Positions 42,365 to 51,888 of a stretch of DNA of 64,000 bases are shown here, piece by piece (position 1 is the first letter of the stretch; each line of letters starts with the position of its first letter). The DNA lies in NCBI GenBank assembly GCA_017517765.1, contig JAFWYE010000006.1:58665-122664 (forward strand), written 5' to 3'. The DNA comes from Bacilli bacterium. Its GTDB lineage: Bacteria; Bacillota_I; Bacilli_A; RFN20; DUOF01. The position numbers and the translations under genes are program-made. Under the pieces are notes generated by a model. That model was not told the DNA's origin. It ran no database searches and was given only the letters and a program-made list of their open reading frames with translations.

Positions 42365-42392
42365 GTTATATATAAAAAATCAATATTGTCAA
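42365..42392 (-). promoter_or_regulatory. sigma-A promoter for the candidate ncRNA
   Basis: TTGACA (42392-42387)-N16-TATAAC (42370-42365). Confidence 0.7.
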
Positions 42393-42429
42393 TTATCTAA
42401 AATTGATTAATATATGCACCCAGGAAATT

Positions 42430-42541
42430 AAAAACCAAGAGTTATTTTCTCTTGGCTATAACAAATTTAATTACATTCCAAAGCTATTAGTATTACCAGT
42501 ATTTGAATTTCCTTGACTACCTGGGCATTGAGTTTCTTCAT
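42430..42541 (-). repeat. Displaced copy 2 of cotD-like 3' end (..EETQCPGSQGNSNTGNTNSFGM*) plus terminator
   Basis: 22-bp identity cctgggcattgagtttcttcat at 42520-42541 and 55534-55555. Confidence 0.92.
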
Positions 42542-42569
42542 TAGTAAATATACTTAAATCTGTACTCAA
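42471..42569 (-). CDS. Possible 32-aa chimeric peptide MSTDLSIFTNEETQCPGSQGNSNTGNTNSFGM
   Basis: GAGGTG SD, TTG start, in frame with the displaced cotD tail. Confidence 0.35.
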   Translation of the reverse strand: MSTDLSIFTNEETQCPGSQGNSNTGNTNSFGM

Positions 42570-42979
42570 AATAATCACCTCATAAAACATCTACTTAAAT
42601 ATTATCATGTTTTTTTGATATTATAAATGTTTTATAATATCCATTAATTTTTAAAAAGAACTTATTACTGAAATTATTATATAAATTTAAGATATTACAA
42701 AAAGACTATAGTTTTTCCTAACCAAAAATATTTATTATCTCGAACATAGCCAAATCATACAATGTGAAAACCTATCAGATATTACTTTTTTTAATTATCT
42801 ATTATACATCTTTTTATTTGTACCACATTTAACCCTTATTTATGTGCTCGATATACACATTAATAAATTTAAAATATTTTGTTTATAGATTTAAAAATAT
42901 TATACTATTTTTATACAGTTATTTAGTGATATACTAAATTTGATTTATATATATATTTTTAACATTAAGGGGTGGTTTT

Positions 42980-45900
42980 ATGGTTGATTTATCATCATTA
43001 AACGAAGAACAAAAACAATCCGTCCTTACAACTGAAGGATATGTAAGAGTTATTGCATCTCCTGGGAGTGGTAAAACAAGGGCACTTACACATAGATTTG
43101 CTTATCTAGTAGATGATTTAAAAACTGATCCACAAAATATACTTTGTATTACTTATACAAATAAGGCAGCAGATGAGATGAGAGAAAGAATTATAAAATT
43201 GCTAAGTACTACTGAATATGACTTACAAAATATATCTACAATTCATTCATATTGCACTAGATTTTTAAAAAGTTATTTTCAAAAGCACTATGAATACAAT
43301 TATAGTTTTGATATTTTAGACGAAAGCGCTCTTAACAAATCAATTAAAGCAACATATAAAAACTTGGATTTAGAATACAATGCAAAAAAATTAAGTGAGT
43401 TCAAGAAAATTTTAAGCGATTATAAGATAAATAATTTAACATATGTACCTTATGTTCTAGGCATGACAGATAATTTTAATGTCGATGACGAAAGAATTAA
43501 GCGCATCATTGATATTTCAAAAAAAAGAAAAGCTCTATTTTTTGATGATTTAATTTGTGCAGCAATATATTTGTTAGAAAATGATAATGAAACTTTGAAG
43601 TCAGAATCAGAAAGATTTAAATATATCTTAGTAGATGAATTTCAAGATACATCTTTTATTACATATAGTTTAATAAAAATGCTTTCAAATCATAATAAAA
43701 ATCTATTTGTGGTTGGTGATGTTGACCAATCAATATACAGCTTTATACATGCAGAGCCTGATATATTGCTAAATCAATTTACTAATGATTTTAGTAATGC
43801 AAAAACATTGTATATGAACAATAACTATAGGTCAACAGAAGAAATTATTGAAGCAAGTAATGTACTTATTCAAAATAATCTAAATAGACCAGAATCAAAA
43901 AAAGCCGTTTCCGCCACATCAAAAAAAGGAATTAAACCTGTATATTCGTGTGTTTCTAAAGAAATTGAAATAGTGCATGAAGTGGTAAGAATAATCAAGC
44001 ATTTACATGATGATTTATTTCAAGAATATAAAGACATATTTCTAATTTGTAGAAATAACTATGAACCAGCAAAATTAAGAAATTTCTTAGAATCATCTGG
44101 TATTCCTTATAATGATTCAAGATCAATCAATAAAGATACAACTAATGCTCCAGTGGTAGACGAGCTTTTAAGTTGTTTAATGTTCTCAAAAAATTCAAAT
44201 CCATTTGATTTAGCAAAACTTAATTTATATCAAGAGTTAGGAATAAGCGAATCTGTTATAGAAGATGCAATTAACATGAAAATCGATATTGAAGAATACT
44301 TGCAGTCTAATAAAGAACAATATGAATCATTTTTAAATCGAAACTATTCAACAAAGCAAGTAATATTGAATGAAGAATTGTCCGTTATAGAAAAGATTAC
44401 TTCTATTGTAGGTATCCATAATATATTAAGTAGATACGAACTTGAAGAGGCCGGATTTGAATTTGTTTTGATTGAAGGCCAACCACTGTCTGAATTTTTA
44501 TCATATATTAAAAAGCTCGATGATCAAAATATGACACTATGGGAAATCATAGATAGATTAAAATTAGACAATTCATTTAGTTCTGAGAAAAGTTGTAATG
44601 GTGTAAAAATTCTAACAGCTCATGGTTCAAAAGGCTTAGAAGCTAAAAATGTAATTGTGTATGGTAAAGCATTAGGAGAATTTGGTATAGACGAAGAAGC
44701 AAGAAGGCTAGCCTATGTAGCAATAACTAGAGCCGAAGAAAGATTGTTTATGGTTCAACCACAAAGCAGTTGTTTAATAAATGAGATAAAAAGCGTAGCT
44801 CAAAATATAGAAGATTACTTTGAAATTCAGTTAGAAAATGTAGATATTAAAGATAAATATTATAAAGAATTGAATGATGAAAAGAAAAAAGGATTAGATA
44901 TTTTGATGAGTGGTGAAAATGTTTTCTTAACTGGTGAAGCGGGCACAGGAAAAACTTATCTCTTAAATAGATATATTAAATACTTAAATGACTTTGGAAA
45001 AAACATCATTATATGCGCTCCAACTGGAATAGCTGCAAGTAACTATCCTAATGGTAGAACTATTCATAGTGCTTTTGAATTAAAACCATACCCTTCTGTT
45101 ATATACGATGAAACACCTGGATATAAAACCTGTGATGTTTTAATTATTGATGAAATATCAATGTGTAGGCTTGATATGTTTGAATACATGATGAATATGG
45201 TTCTAAATGCTTATAGTAAAGGATATAAAGTTCAAGTAATAGTTTGCGGTGACTTCTTTCAATTGCCTCCTGTAGTGATTGATAATGAAAGGAGCATACT
45301 AAAAGAACTTTTTGAAGGATTTAATGAAGGCTTTGCATTTGAATCTAAAACGTGGAATGAGATGAACTTTAAAGCTATTTGGCTAAAAGAAATATTTAGA
45401 CAAAAAGATAACAAAGATAACTTTGTTGATGCATTAAACTCAATAAGAAGAGGAAAAGATGTAGACAAATATATAAAATTAATAAATGACGGATGTTCTA
45501 AGGAACCTAATAAAGATGCTATTGAGATACATTCTAAAAACGCTGAGGTTTGTAAATATAATAATCAAGGCTTGTCAAAATGTAATGGTGAGGAATATAT
45601 ATATAAGGCAGAAATCTATGGAAATGATCCAATATCCCCTGATTTAAATATAGAAAATGAAATACATCTTAAACCAGGGGCAAGAGTTATGATGACTAGA
45701 AATAGTGGTATTGGAACCAACAGAATAATTACATACAGAAATGGTTCTTGCGGAACCGTTGTGACATGCACTAATGATTATATCGATATTGTCTTAGATG
45801 AAGGAGGTTGTGCTAGAATATCTAAACATAAGTTTCCATGTTATGGCGAATTAAAAATATTTGTCAATTCTGATGGGACAAAAGAAGTGATTCAGGAGGA

Positions 45901-46147
45901 AACAAATACGGTTGTTCACCAATTACCAATTAAACTGGCATATGCTATTACTATACATAAAAGTCAAGGACAAACTTATGAAAAGGTAAATCTTAATCCT
46001 GACGGATGGGAGAATGGACAATTATATGTTGCTTTATCTAGGATAAAAAGTTTATCCGGTTTATATTTGTATAAGCCTATTGAAGCAAAAGTTATAAAAA
46101 CTTCTCAATCAGTAATTGACTTTTATAATAATTTAGAAACAGAATAA
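42980..46147 (+). CDS. Fusion of UvrD/PcrA-like (SF1A) and Pif1-like (SF1B) helicases
   Basis: Two complete motif sets: ASPGSGKT/DEFQD/GDVDQSIY/HGSKGLE/YVAITRA and GEAGTGKT/DEISM/GDFFQLPPV/TIHKSQGQT/YVALSR. Confidence 0.92.
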   Translation: MVDLSSLNEEQKQSVLTTEGYVRVIASPGSGKTRALTHRFAYLVDDLKTDPQNILCITYTNKAADEMRERIIKLLSTTEYDLQNISTIHSYCTRFLKSYFQKHYEYNYSFDILDESALNKSIKATYKNLDLEYNAKKLSEFKKILSDYKINNLTYVPYVLGMTDNFNVDDERIKRIIDISKKRKALFFDDLICAAIYLLENDNETLKSESERFKYILVDEFQDTSFITYSLIKMLSNHNKNLFVVGDVDQSIYSFIHAEPDILLNQFTNDFSNAKTLYMNNNYRSTEEIIEASNVLIQNNLNRPESKKAVSATSKKGIKPVYSCVSKEIEIVHEVVRIIKHLHDDLFQEYKDIFLICRNNYEPAKLRNFLESSGIPYNDSRSINKDTTNAPVVDELLSCLMFSKNSNPFDLAKLNLYQELGISESVIEDAINMKIDIEEYLQSNKEQYESFLNRNYSTKQVILNEELSVIEKITSIVGIHNILSRYELEEAGFEFVLIEGQPLSEFLSYIKKLDDQNMTLWEIIDRLKLDNSFSSEKSCNGVKILTAHGSKGLEAKNVIVYGKALGEFGIDEEARRLAYVAITRAEERLFMVQPQSSCLINEIKSVAQNIEDYFEIQLENVDIKDKYYKELNDEKKKGLDILMSGENVFLTGEAGTGKTYLLNRYIKYLNDFGKNIIICAPTGIAASNYPNGRTIHSAFELKPYPSVIYDETPGYKTCDVLIIDEISMCRLDMFEYMMNMVLNAYSKGYKVQVIVCGDFFQLPPVVIDNERSILKELFEGFNEGFAFESKTWNEMNFKAIWLKEIFRQKDNKDNFVDALNSIRRGKDVDKYIKLINDGCSKEPNKDAIEIHSKNAEVCKYNNQGLSKCNGEEYIYKAEIYGNDPISPDLNIENEIHLKPGARVMMTRNSGIGTNRIITYRNGSCGTVVTCTNDYIDIVLDEGGCARISKHKFPCYGELKIFVNSDGTKEVIQEETNTVVHQLPIKLAYAITIHKSQGQTYEKVNLNPDGWENGQLYVALSRIKSLSGLYLYKPIEAKVIKTSQSVIDFYNNLETE

Positions 46148-46173
46148 ACTTAAAAACCTAGTGAAATTTATCA

Positions 46174-47202
46174 TTAGGTTTTTTTAATATTAATTAGTGA
46201 TGATTTCATTACTCTTACAATATCATTAATCATAATCTCATTAATTTCAACTTTTTTCACTATACTTCTAGCCATTGCTCTATCCAATATTTCTATTGAT
46301 ATATCAGGGTTAGATGTATTTGTAATATCCTTTGATTCATTAAGAATGTAATGCAAGATATTTTTATTTAATTTTCTATCAGAAAAATCATCTAATATTT
46401 TAATCACGGTATTATCGCTCACTTCGCTTATAAATATAGGTGATAGTCTTCTAGTAAGTGCTGGATCATTTTTAATTGTATTATTAAACTCATTTGGCGT
46501 TGTTGCGCCAATGATAGTAATCTCTCCTGAGGAAAGGAAAGGTTTCAAAATATTTCCAGCACTCAATGCTCCTTCTGCTGCTCCTGCATCATATATAGTA
46601 TGAATTTCATCAATAAAAATAATTACTTTTTTTGATTTGCTTTTTTTATTAAATTCAATAATACTTATAATTGCATTATATAGTTTTCCTTCGAATTCAC
46701 CTCTATATTTAGTTCCAGCAAGACATGCGGTCATATTAAGCTCTAGAATAATATATTTATCATATATTTCCTTTGCTAATTGTTCTATAATTGCAGTTTT
46801 ACCACATCCAGCATTACCAATTAATATAGAATTTTTCATTCTTTTCTTATGCAAACTTTCAATTAATAAGTCTATCTCATCCCTTCTATCAATAAGATTG
46901 ACATTTCTTGATAGTATTGAAAAAATTGCATTATCCTTTAATATTTTTTCTATTTCAATAGAATCTATAGTATCATTTTTATCTTTTACACTCATGTATC
47001 TTCCAACTATTTTAGGTAAAGAAGGGGGATTAGTATGTAATCTTTTTGGTTCATATTCTATTTTCACTACTTTAGCAGGTCCATCTTTATCACTAAGTGA
47101 TACTAAGTCTCCTTCTTTTATTGTTTCATCCTCACACAAATATAGATATTCTCTCTTTCCTTTATATCGAACAACGTGTGCATAGATATAATTTTCTTTC
47201 AT
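46174..47202 (-). CDS. Single-domain ClpA/B NBD1-like AAA+ ATPase with small N-terminal beta domain
   Basis: GNAGCGKT, AGTKYRGEFE, IFIDEIH, GATT, DPALTRR. Confidence 0.88.
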   Translation of the reverse strand: MKENYIYAHVVRYKGKREYLYLCEDETIKEGDLVSLSDKDGPAKVVKIEYEPKRLHTNPPSLPKIVGRYMSVKDKNDTIDSIEIEKILKDNAIFSILSRNVNLIDRRDEIDLLIESLHKKRMKNSILIGNAGCGKTAIIEQLAKEIYDKYIILELNMTACLAGTKYRGEFEGKLYNAIISIIEFNKKSKSKKVIIFIDEIHTIYDAGAAEGALSAGNILKPFLSSGEITIIGATTPNEFNNTIKNDPALTRRLSPIFISEVSDNTVIKILDDFSDRKLNKNILHYILNESKDITNTSNPDISIEILDRAMARSIVKKVEINEIMINDIVRVMKSSLINIKKT

Positions 47203-47288
47203 CTTTATTCCTCCTTTATTTTTATTCGCTAACTATTTCTTTTTTATCAATTGTATTTATTTATGCTTTATTGATATTTTTTTCTTTT

Positions 47289-47729
47289 CTATACTTGTTT
47301 TGTATTATTATCGTATAAGACACTATCTTTTATTAGCTGCCCATTTTCAAAATACAAAATATAACTCATTTCATAGAATTCAGGGCTAGAACATATAAAT
47401 GCATAATTACCGCCAAAATAATTCTTTCCAATTAGTAAACTACCAGTATAATTTATTCCTTGATTAATTTCATATTTATTATCCTTTAACTCCACACCAT
47501 ATATTTTGAGCGAATTATCTATCATACCATAGACATTAATTCTATTTAATATTAATTTTTTTTGGTTTAATTTTAGATCTACTGTAAATCCTCTATAGCA
47601 TGCAGTAGAATTACTTTTTGGATAAAAATTTAATTTTTTAATATCCAATATACCCTTTTCATCACTTATTTCTAGAATATTCCAGGTCTCATTTTTAAAC
47701 TCTATTTTATCTGGTATTTGCATTGTCAT
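47289..47729 (-). CDS. Hypothetical protein (MTxQIPD...STACYRG type)
   Basis: Coupled ORF in operon; YTGSLLIG and LYFENG motifs; no function assigned. Confidence 0.7.
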   Translation of the reverse strand: MTMQIPDKIEFKNETWNILEISDEKGILDIKKLNFYPKSNSTACYRGFTVDLKLNQKKLILNRINVYGMIDNSLKIYGVELKDNKYEINQGINYTGSLLIGKNYFGGNYAFICSSPEFYEMSYILYFENGQLIKDSVLYDNNTKQV

Positions 47730-48007
47730 CAGTCTTCACCTCTAAACTTAAGACCTAAATCATGAACTTTATCTATCAATTCTTGTACTGTTTTTTTGCC
47801 TGCATTTCTAATAGCAAATAAATCTGGTATTGATTTAGAAATAAGTTCATATATTGTTATTATATTTGCCCTTTTAAGGCAATTCTCAGCTCTTATCGAT
47901 AGCATAATTATCTCTGTTACTTCTGTATTTTTTAATCTAGATATACTTGTTGGTTCCTCTAATGTTGTTGTGAATATACTTTCACTTAAAATTTTTTTTA
48001 TTGTCAT
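47729..48007 (-). CDS. Stand-alone RNA polymerase alpha C-terminal domain protein
   Basis: LSIRAENCLKRANI.TI.ELI..S..DL..IRNAGKKT matches alpha-CTD; GGAGG SD before ATG 48007. Confidence 0.85.
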   Translation of the reverse strand: MTIKKILSESIFTTTLEEPTSISRLKNTEVTEIIMLSIRAENCLKRANIITIYELISKSIPDLFAIRNAGKKTVQELIDKVHDLGLKFRGED

Positions 48008-48225
48008 TTTAATAATTCCTCCCATTTTTCTTCAAATTCATCTATTTCTATAATTCCACATGACATGCATGATAATAACTCATTCAATTTATTATATTTT
48101 TCAACTACATTTTTTGGAGCAGTTTCATTAAACACTATATTTCCAAATTCATTTTCATTATACCACTCTTTATGGTCATATACTTCCTTTAGAAATGCAT
48201 CATATCTTTCATCTCTTATCATCAT
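48004..48225 (-). CDS. Small hypothetical protein
   Basis: Coupled ORF, GAGGTG SD. Confidence 0.6.
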   Translation of the reverse strand: MMIRDERYDAFLKEVYDHKEWYNENEFGNIVFNETAPKNVVEKYNKLNELLSCMSCGIIEIDEFEEKWEELLK

Positions 48226-48226
48226 T

Positions 48227-48643
48227 TTACATCACCTCTTTTAATTGTACTAAATATTGCAATCTTTCAAAGAATAGCCACATTAAACGGATATTATCTG
48301 AATCATCAATTGAAGCATGCCCATCTTCCATCATAAACGAATTTGCATATTCATTGCCTGCAACTTCTAGAATATCATTCAAACAGGTTTTAATTATTTT
48401 CAGGCATTCTTCTATGTCTAGTTTTATTTTCTCTTTTGTAATATTTTTGTTTTTTTCTTTATATAATTCTAAGCACTCATAACAAGGTAACTCTCCTGAA
48501 TCATATCCGTTAATAGCACCTTCTAAATCAATACAATATTCTATAAATTTATATATATTCTCTACTTGATTTAGTTTATTAAATATTAAATCTTCCTTTT
48601 TTATTTTAATAATGATCTCGTTTTCATTTTTACTTACTTTCAT
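48227..48643 (-). CDS. Hypothetical protein
   Basis: Operonic ORF with SD. Confidence 0.7.
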   Translation of the reverse strand: MKVSKNENEIIIKIKKEDLIFNKLNQVENIYKFIEYCIDLEGAINGYDSGELPCYECLELYKEKNKNITKEKIKLDIEECLKIIKTCLNDILEVAGNEYANSFMMEDGHASIDDSDNIRLMWLFFERLQYLVQLKEVM

Positions 48644-48661
48644 ATTCCTTTACCTCTTTCC

Positions 48662-49384
48662 TTACGCTATTACATCTTCATTAAATGTTTTAAATAAATT
48701 ATTTTCATCATATAGACTTCCATGAGCCTTAACAATTCTTTTTGCATTCCTTAATCCCTTTAAAGCAAATACATCACAATCAATTTTTAATAACTCACAT
48801 TGCTTTTGAACTTCATCTACTACATATTCAAATTTTTCAAACGTTTTATCTTTTTCAAGTTCACCTAATAGATCTCTTATCATTCCAAACTTATTAGTTT
48901 TTTCTAAATCTTCATGCCAGATTAATTCTTGTAAAAGTCTATTAGTTCCAAATAATTCTTTTTCACTCATTGTCATAACACCTTCATATACAAATCCAAA
49001 TATCCTATTTAGAATTACATGCTTATAACAATCTATGATATCATCAATATCATTGCTCCAGTACCATCCCCCGATTGAAGCAATAAATGCACTTTCATAG
49101 TTCCAAATAAATATTGTTTCTTCCCCTATGCAATGATTATTTGTGGTAATATGCTCAATTACCTCTTTAAAATCATGTTTTTCTTCATAAGTATCAAACA
49201 CATCATCATAATTTTTAAAAACCCTGAACTTTATTCCATCTTCATTAAGGCCATTAGTTGACTTATTACCACTATACTCTTTAACAATCTCATCAACCTC
49301 ACTAGTGTTATTTAGTCTATACAAATTGTATTTACTAGATTCACTAGATTCATTTTCTACTACTAACATTATTCTTTCATTCAT
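48662..49384 (-). CDS. Hypothetical protein; C-terminal half similar to 51870..52244
   Basis: AGGAGG SD; shared TI..G.W.W and VK..G..Y..KTFN.D patterns. Confidence 0.75.
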   Translation of the reverse strand: MNERIMLVVENESSESSKYNLYRLNNTSEVDEIVKEYSGNKSTNGLNEDGIKFRVFKNYDDVFDTYEEKHDFKEVIEHITTNNHCIGEETIFIWNYESAFIASIGGWYWSNDIDDIIDCYKHVILNRIFGFVYEGVMTMSEKELFGTNRLLQELIWHEDLEKTNKFGMIRDLLGELEKDKTFEKFEYVVDEVQKQCELLKIDCDVFALKGLRNAKRIVKAHGSLYDENNLFKTFNEDVIA

Positions 49385-49411
49385 TTTATTTCCTCCTTAT
49401 ATAGAATAATT

Positions 49412-49523
49412 TATAAGCAAGCAGCAAGTAGTAAAGAAAAAGAAATTAGGTTTATCAAAAGGAGTAAATATTACTTGCTGCTCCTTACGCTTACACTATA
49501 AAACAAAAGATAACTTTTTCCAA
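49412..49523 (-). promoter_or_regulatory. Promoter plus hairpin leader, copy A
   Basis: TTGGAA-N17-TATAGT, TAAGCGTAA, 11-bp stem (49420-49430/49472-49482) enclosing CTCCTTTTG. Confidence 0.7.
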
Positions 49524-49625
49524 AACCATAACTAATAGCAAATATTTTAATCTTAACTATATATTATATATAATATATAGTAAGATTAACTGTATAAAAA
49601 TATTATAAAAAAATGCTTGATCCAC

Positions 49626-50099
49626 TCAAGCATAATCTTTTTCTGTCAAATAATAGGCGACATTTACATAATTATTATTAATTTTATCATCAGCATATGG
49701 AATATAGCCACAGTAAAAATATCCTATTAATCCTACACTACCAAATCGTATCAATTCACTATAAGGTTTATAACCAATATATTCTAAGTGATTTGGCATT
49801 CGACTAAACTCATCTTTCCTTTCTAATTCTTGTTGTTCTAATTCCTTGTTTACAAAATCATCTAAATTCGTTCCAAAATCAGCATTCATTATATACAACC
49901 TACTTATTAATTCCTCATCACTAATAACATTACACTTATGCATCAATAAAAGCGGTCTAATAATCCAATTATAACTAACATGAGCTCCAATCAATTTATC
50001 GTATCCCATCTCTACTAATTTTAAAAAAAATGCATTTTCTTTAATCTCTTTTAATAACTCCATTTTATCTGAAGATTCAATACATACAGGTTTATTCAC
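49626..50099 (-). CDS. Hypothetical protein
   Basis: GGAGGTG SD, GTG start abutting the upstream stop. Confidence 0.7.
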   Translation of the reverse strand: MNKPVCIESSDKMELLKEIKENAFFLKLVEMGYDKLIGAHVSYNWIIRPLLLMHKCNVISDEELISRLYIMNADFGTNLDDFVNKELEQQELERKDEFSRMPNHLEYIGYKPYSELIRFGSVGLIGYFYCGYIPYADDKINNNYVNVAYYLTEKDYA

Positions 50100-50912
50100 T
50101 TACTTCACCTCCAAATGTCTATAAAATTGGACATACCCATCATGGTTATAACTACCAATATACTCATTATGCTTCTCTAAATACCACTTAACATCAGCCT
50201 TTTTAATCATACTAAGATATTTACCGATATTTTCAAACTTATCAGAATATTGACCACCAGTTCTTTTTAAATATTCTTCCTCAACCATCAAAAACATAAG
50301 TTTAATCATATTACTATACTTATAGTTATTTATTGAATATAAAAGATACTCTGTATCCACAATAAATTCATAGTAAGGATATTTATTATAATCATCCCCA
50401 TATCCTCCAATCTTTGTCAGTATATTCTCCTTTATTTCTTTAATTGCAGATTTAATATTTTCATCCTTACCCATATACTCTTGAAATAAAGTATCTCTAA
50501 GATTTGAATTTTCATCATAGCATTTTTTTATATATGAATTAGAACTATCTAATAATCCCTCATCTACTAAATACTTTATTTTTATTAAATGAAGTGTAGT
50601 ATTTGTTACTCTATGTGAATTTACCTCTTTAAGATATTTAATTAAAGCAAGAGTCTTATCTTTAGACTTGGTAACAAACTTTGAGGCATAACCACAATAC
50701 TCATCTAAATCAAACTTTTTATGTTTAGCCGAAGGCATTAAAAAAAAGCAATTGTATCCTCTTTCATCAAACAACTCATTTACATCATTTAATAAGTCTA
50801 TATCTTCAGGATTTAATCCATATAAATCTACAAAATACAAAATAACCTCTTCCTCACTAAAGTACGTATTTTCTAATCTTATCATGATTTTTCTTAATTC
50901 TTCTTTATTCAC
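50100..50912 (-). CDS. Hypothetical protein, paralog of 50905..51888
   Basis: Shared AKH, SK..T..LI.Y..E and N.IK..FL.....YL patterns. Confidence 0.75.
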   Translation of the reverse strand: MNKEELRKIMIRLENTYFSEEEVILYFVDLYGLNPEDIDLLNDVNELFDERGYNCFFLMPSAKHKKFDLDEYCGYASKFVTKSKDKTLALIKYLKEVNSHRVTNTTLHLIKIKYLVDEGLLDSSNSYIKKCYDENSNLRDTLFQEYMGKDENIKSAIKEIKENILTKIGGYGDDYNKYPYYEFIVDTEYLLYSINNYKYSNMIKLMFLMVEEEYLKRTGGQYSDKFENIGKYLSMIKKADVKWYLEKHNEYIGSYNHDGYVQFYRHLEVK

Positions 50913-51888
50913 TTACTATCACCTCTTTGAAAATGACACTAGCAAGTCCTACATAACCACTACAAAACACTTGTAAATCTTTTAAATTATCTTTATAAAA
51001 AGCCATTAAATCCTCAACCATATCTTGATCTAAAGATTTATATAAACTCATAATCATACTTCTAAGTTTACCCTTTTCTATATCATATTCATTATCACTT
51101 AAATAATATCTTTGTAAAATCAAAAAGTTAATCTTAATAGAATTAGCAATCTTTTTATCAAATGGAAGAAGTAACTCTTCCATCTTATTTACAAATATTG
51201 CAATGGGACTACCATCATCTACATCGACATTTAAATCAAATACTTCTATTAATATCTTATATACATAATTCAAAATATTTTCAGAATCTGTATCTCCACC
51301 AGGTTCATTATATTGTAAATATGCATCTTTCCATAAATCATATATTGTTCCTATCTTTACTTCTTCCCTGCGGTCAATGTAGTCAATAATATCCCCATAT
51401 TGATCTATATGAGGATACAACTCTAATAGTTTTCTAATCCTTATATCATCAAGAGAATAATAAGTAAATGCTTTATCCTTGATCTCATTAACATAATAAA
51501 TCAACTCTTTTGTATACGCTTTTGAAGTCATCGCCCTTTTAACTAAATAAGAATAATATTTTTTATTAAATCTCATCTCTAAATTATAAGTAAAACTTCC
51601 ACTTTCAGGATTATAATTATCAAAGTCTATATAACGATGGCGAATATCATTTATATGTTTAGCCCTACCTAAACTCATAAAATCTTCATCCCAATAAAAT
51701 CCAAAAATATCATATAATTCTTTTAACTCTGATATAGAAATCATAAAATCCCTTAACATAGAGTGAATAATAGCTTTAATTTCTTTTTCATCTAAATTAT
51801 GTTCATTACAATCATTAACTAATATTTCCATCCATTTTTTCATAATTTCACCTACTTCCATTTTATAATTTATTCTTCTTTTAAACAA
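50905..51888 (-). CDS. Hypothetical protein, paralog of 50100..50912
   Basis: Long operonic ORF; same shared patterns; start uncertain. Confidence 0.75.
   Translation of the reverse strand: MFKRRINYKMEVGEIMKKWMEILVNDCNEHNLDEKEIKAIIHSMLRDFMISISELKELYDIFGFYWDEDFMSLGRAKHINDIRHRYIDFDNYNPESGSFTYNLEMRFNKKYYSYLVKRAMTSKAYTKELIYYVNEIKDKAFTYYSLDDIRIRKLLELYPHIDQYGDIIDYIDRREEVKIGTIYDLWKDAYLQYNEPGGDTDSENILNYVYKILIEVFDLNVDVDDGSPIAIFVNKMEELLLPFDKKIANSIKINFLILQRYYLSDNEYDIEKGKLRSMIMSLYKSLDQDMVEDLMAFYKDNLKDLQVFCSGYVGLASVIFKEVIVSE

Noticed and set aside
47203-47240. Possible third leader copy (ATAGTTAGCGAATAA on - strand) upstream of the ATPase
   Set aside because: Only a partial match; no hairpin or CUCCUUUUG loop
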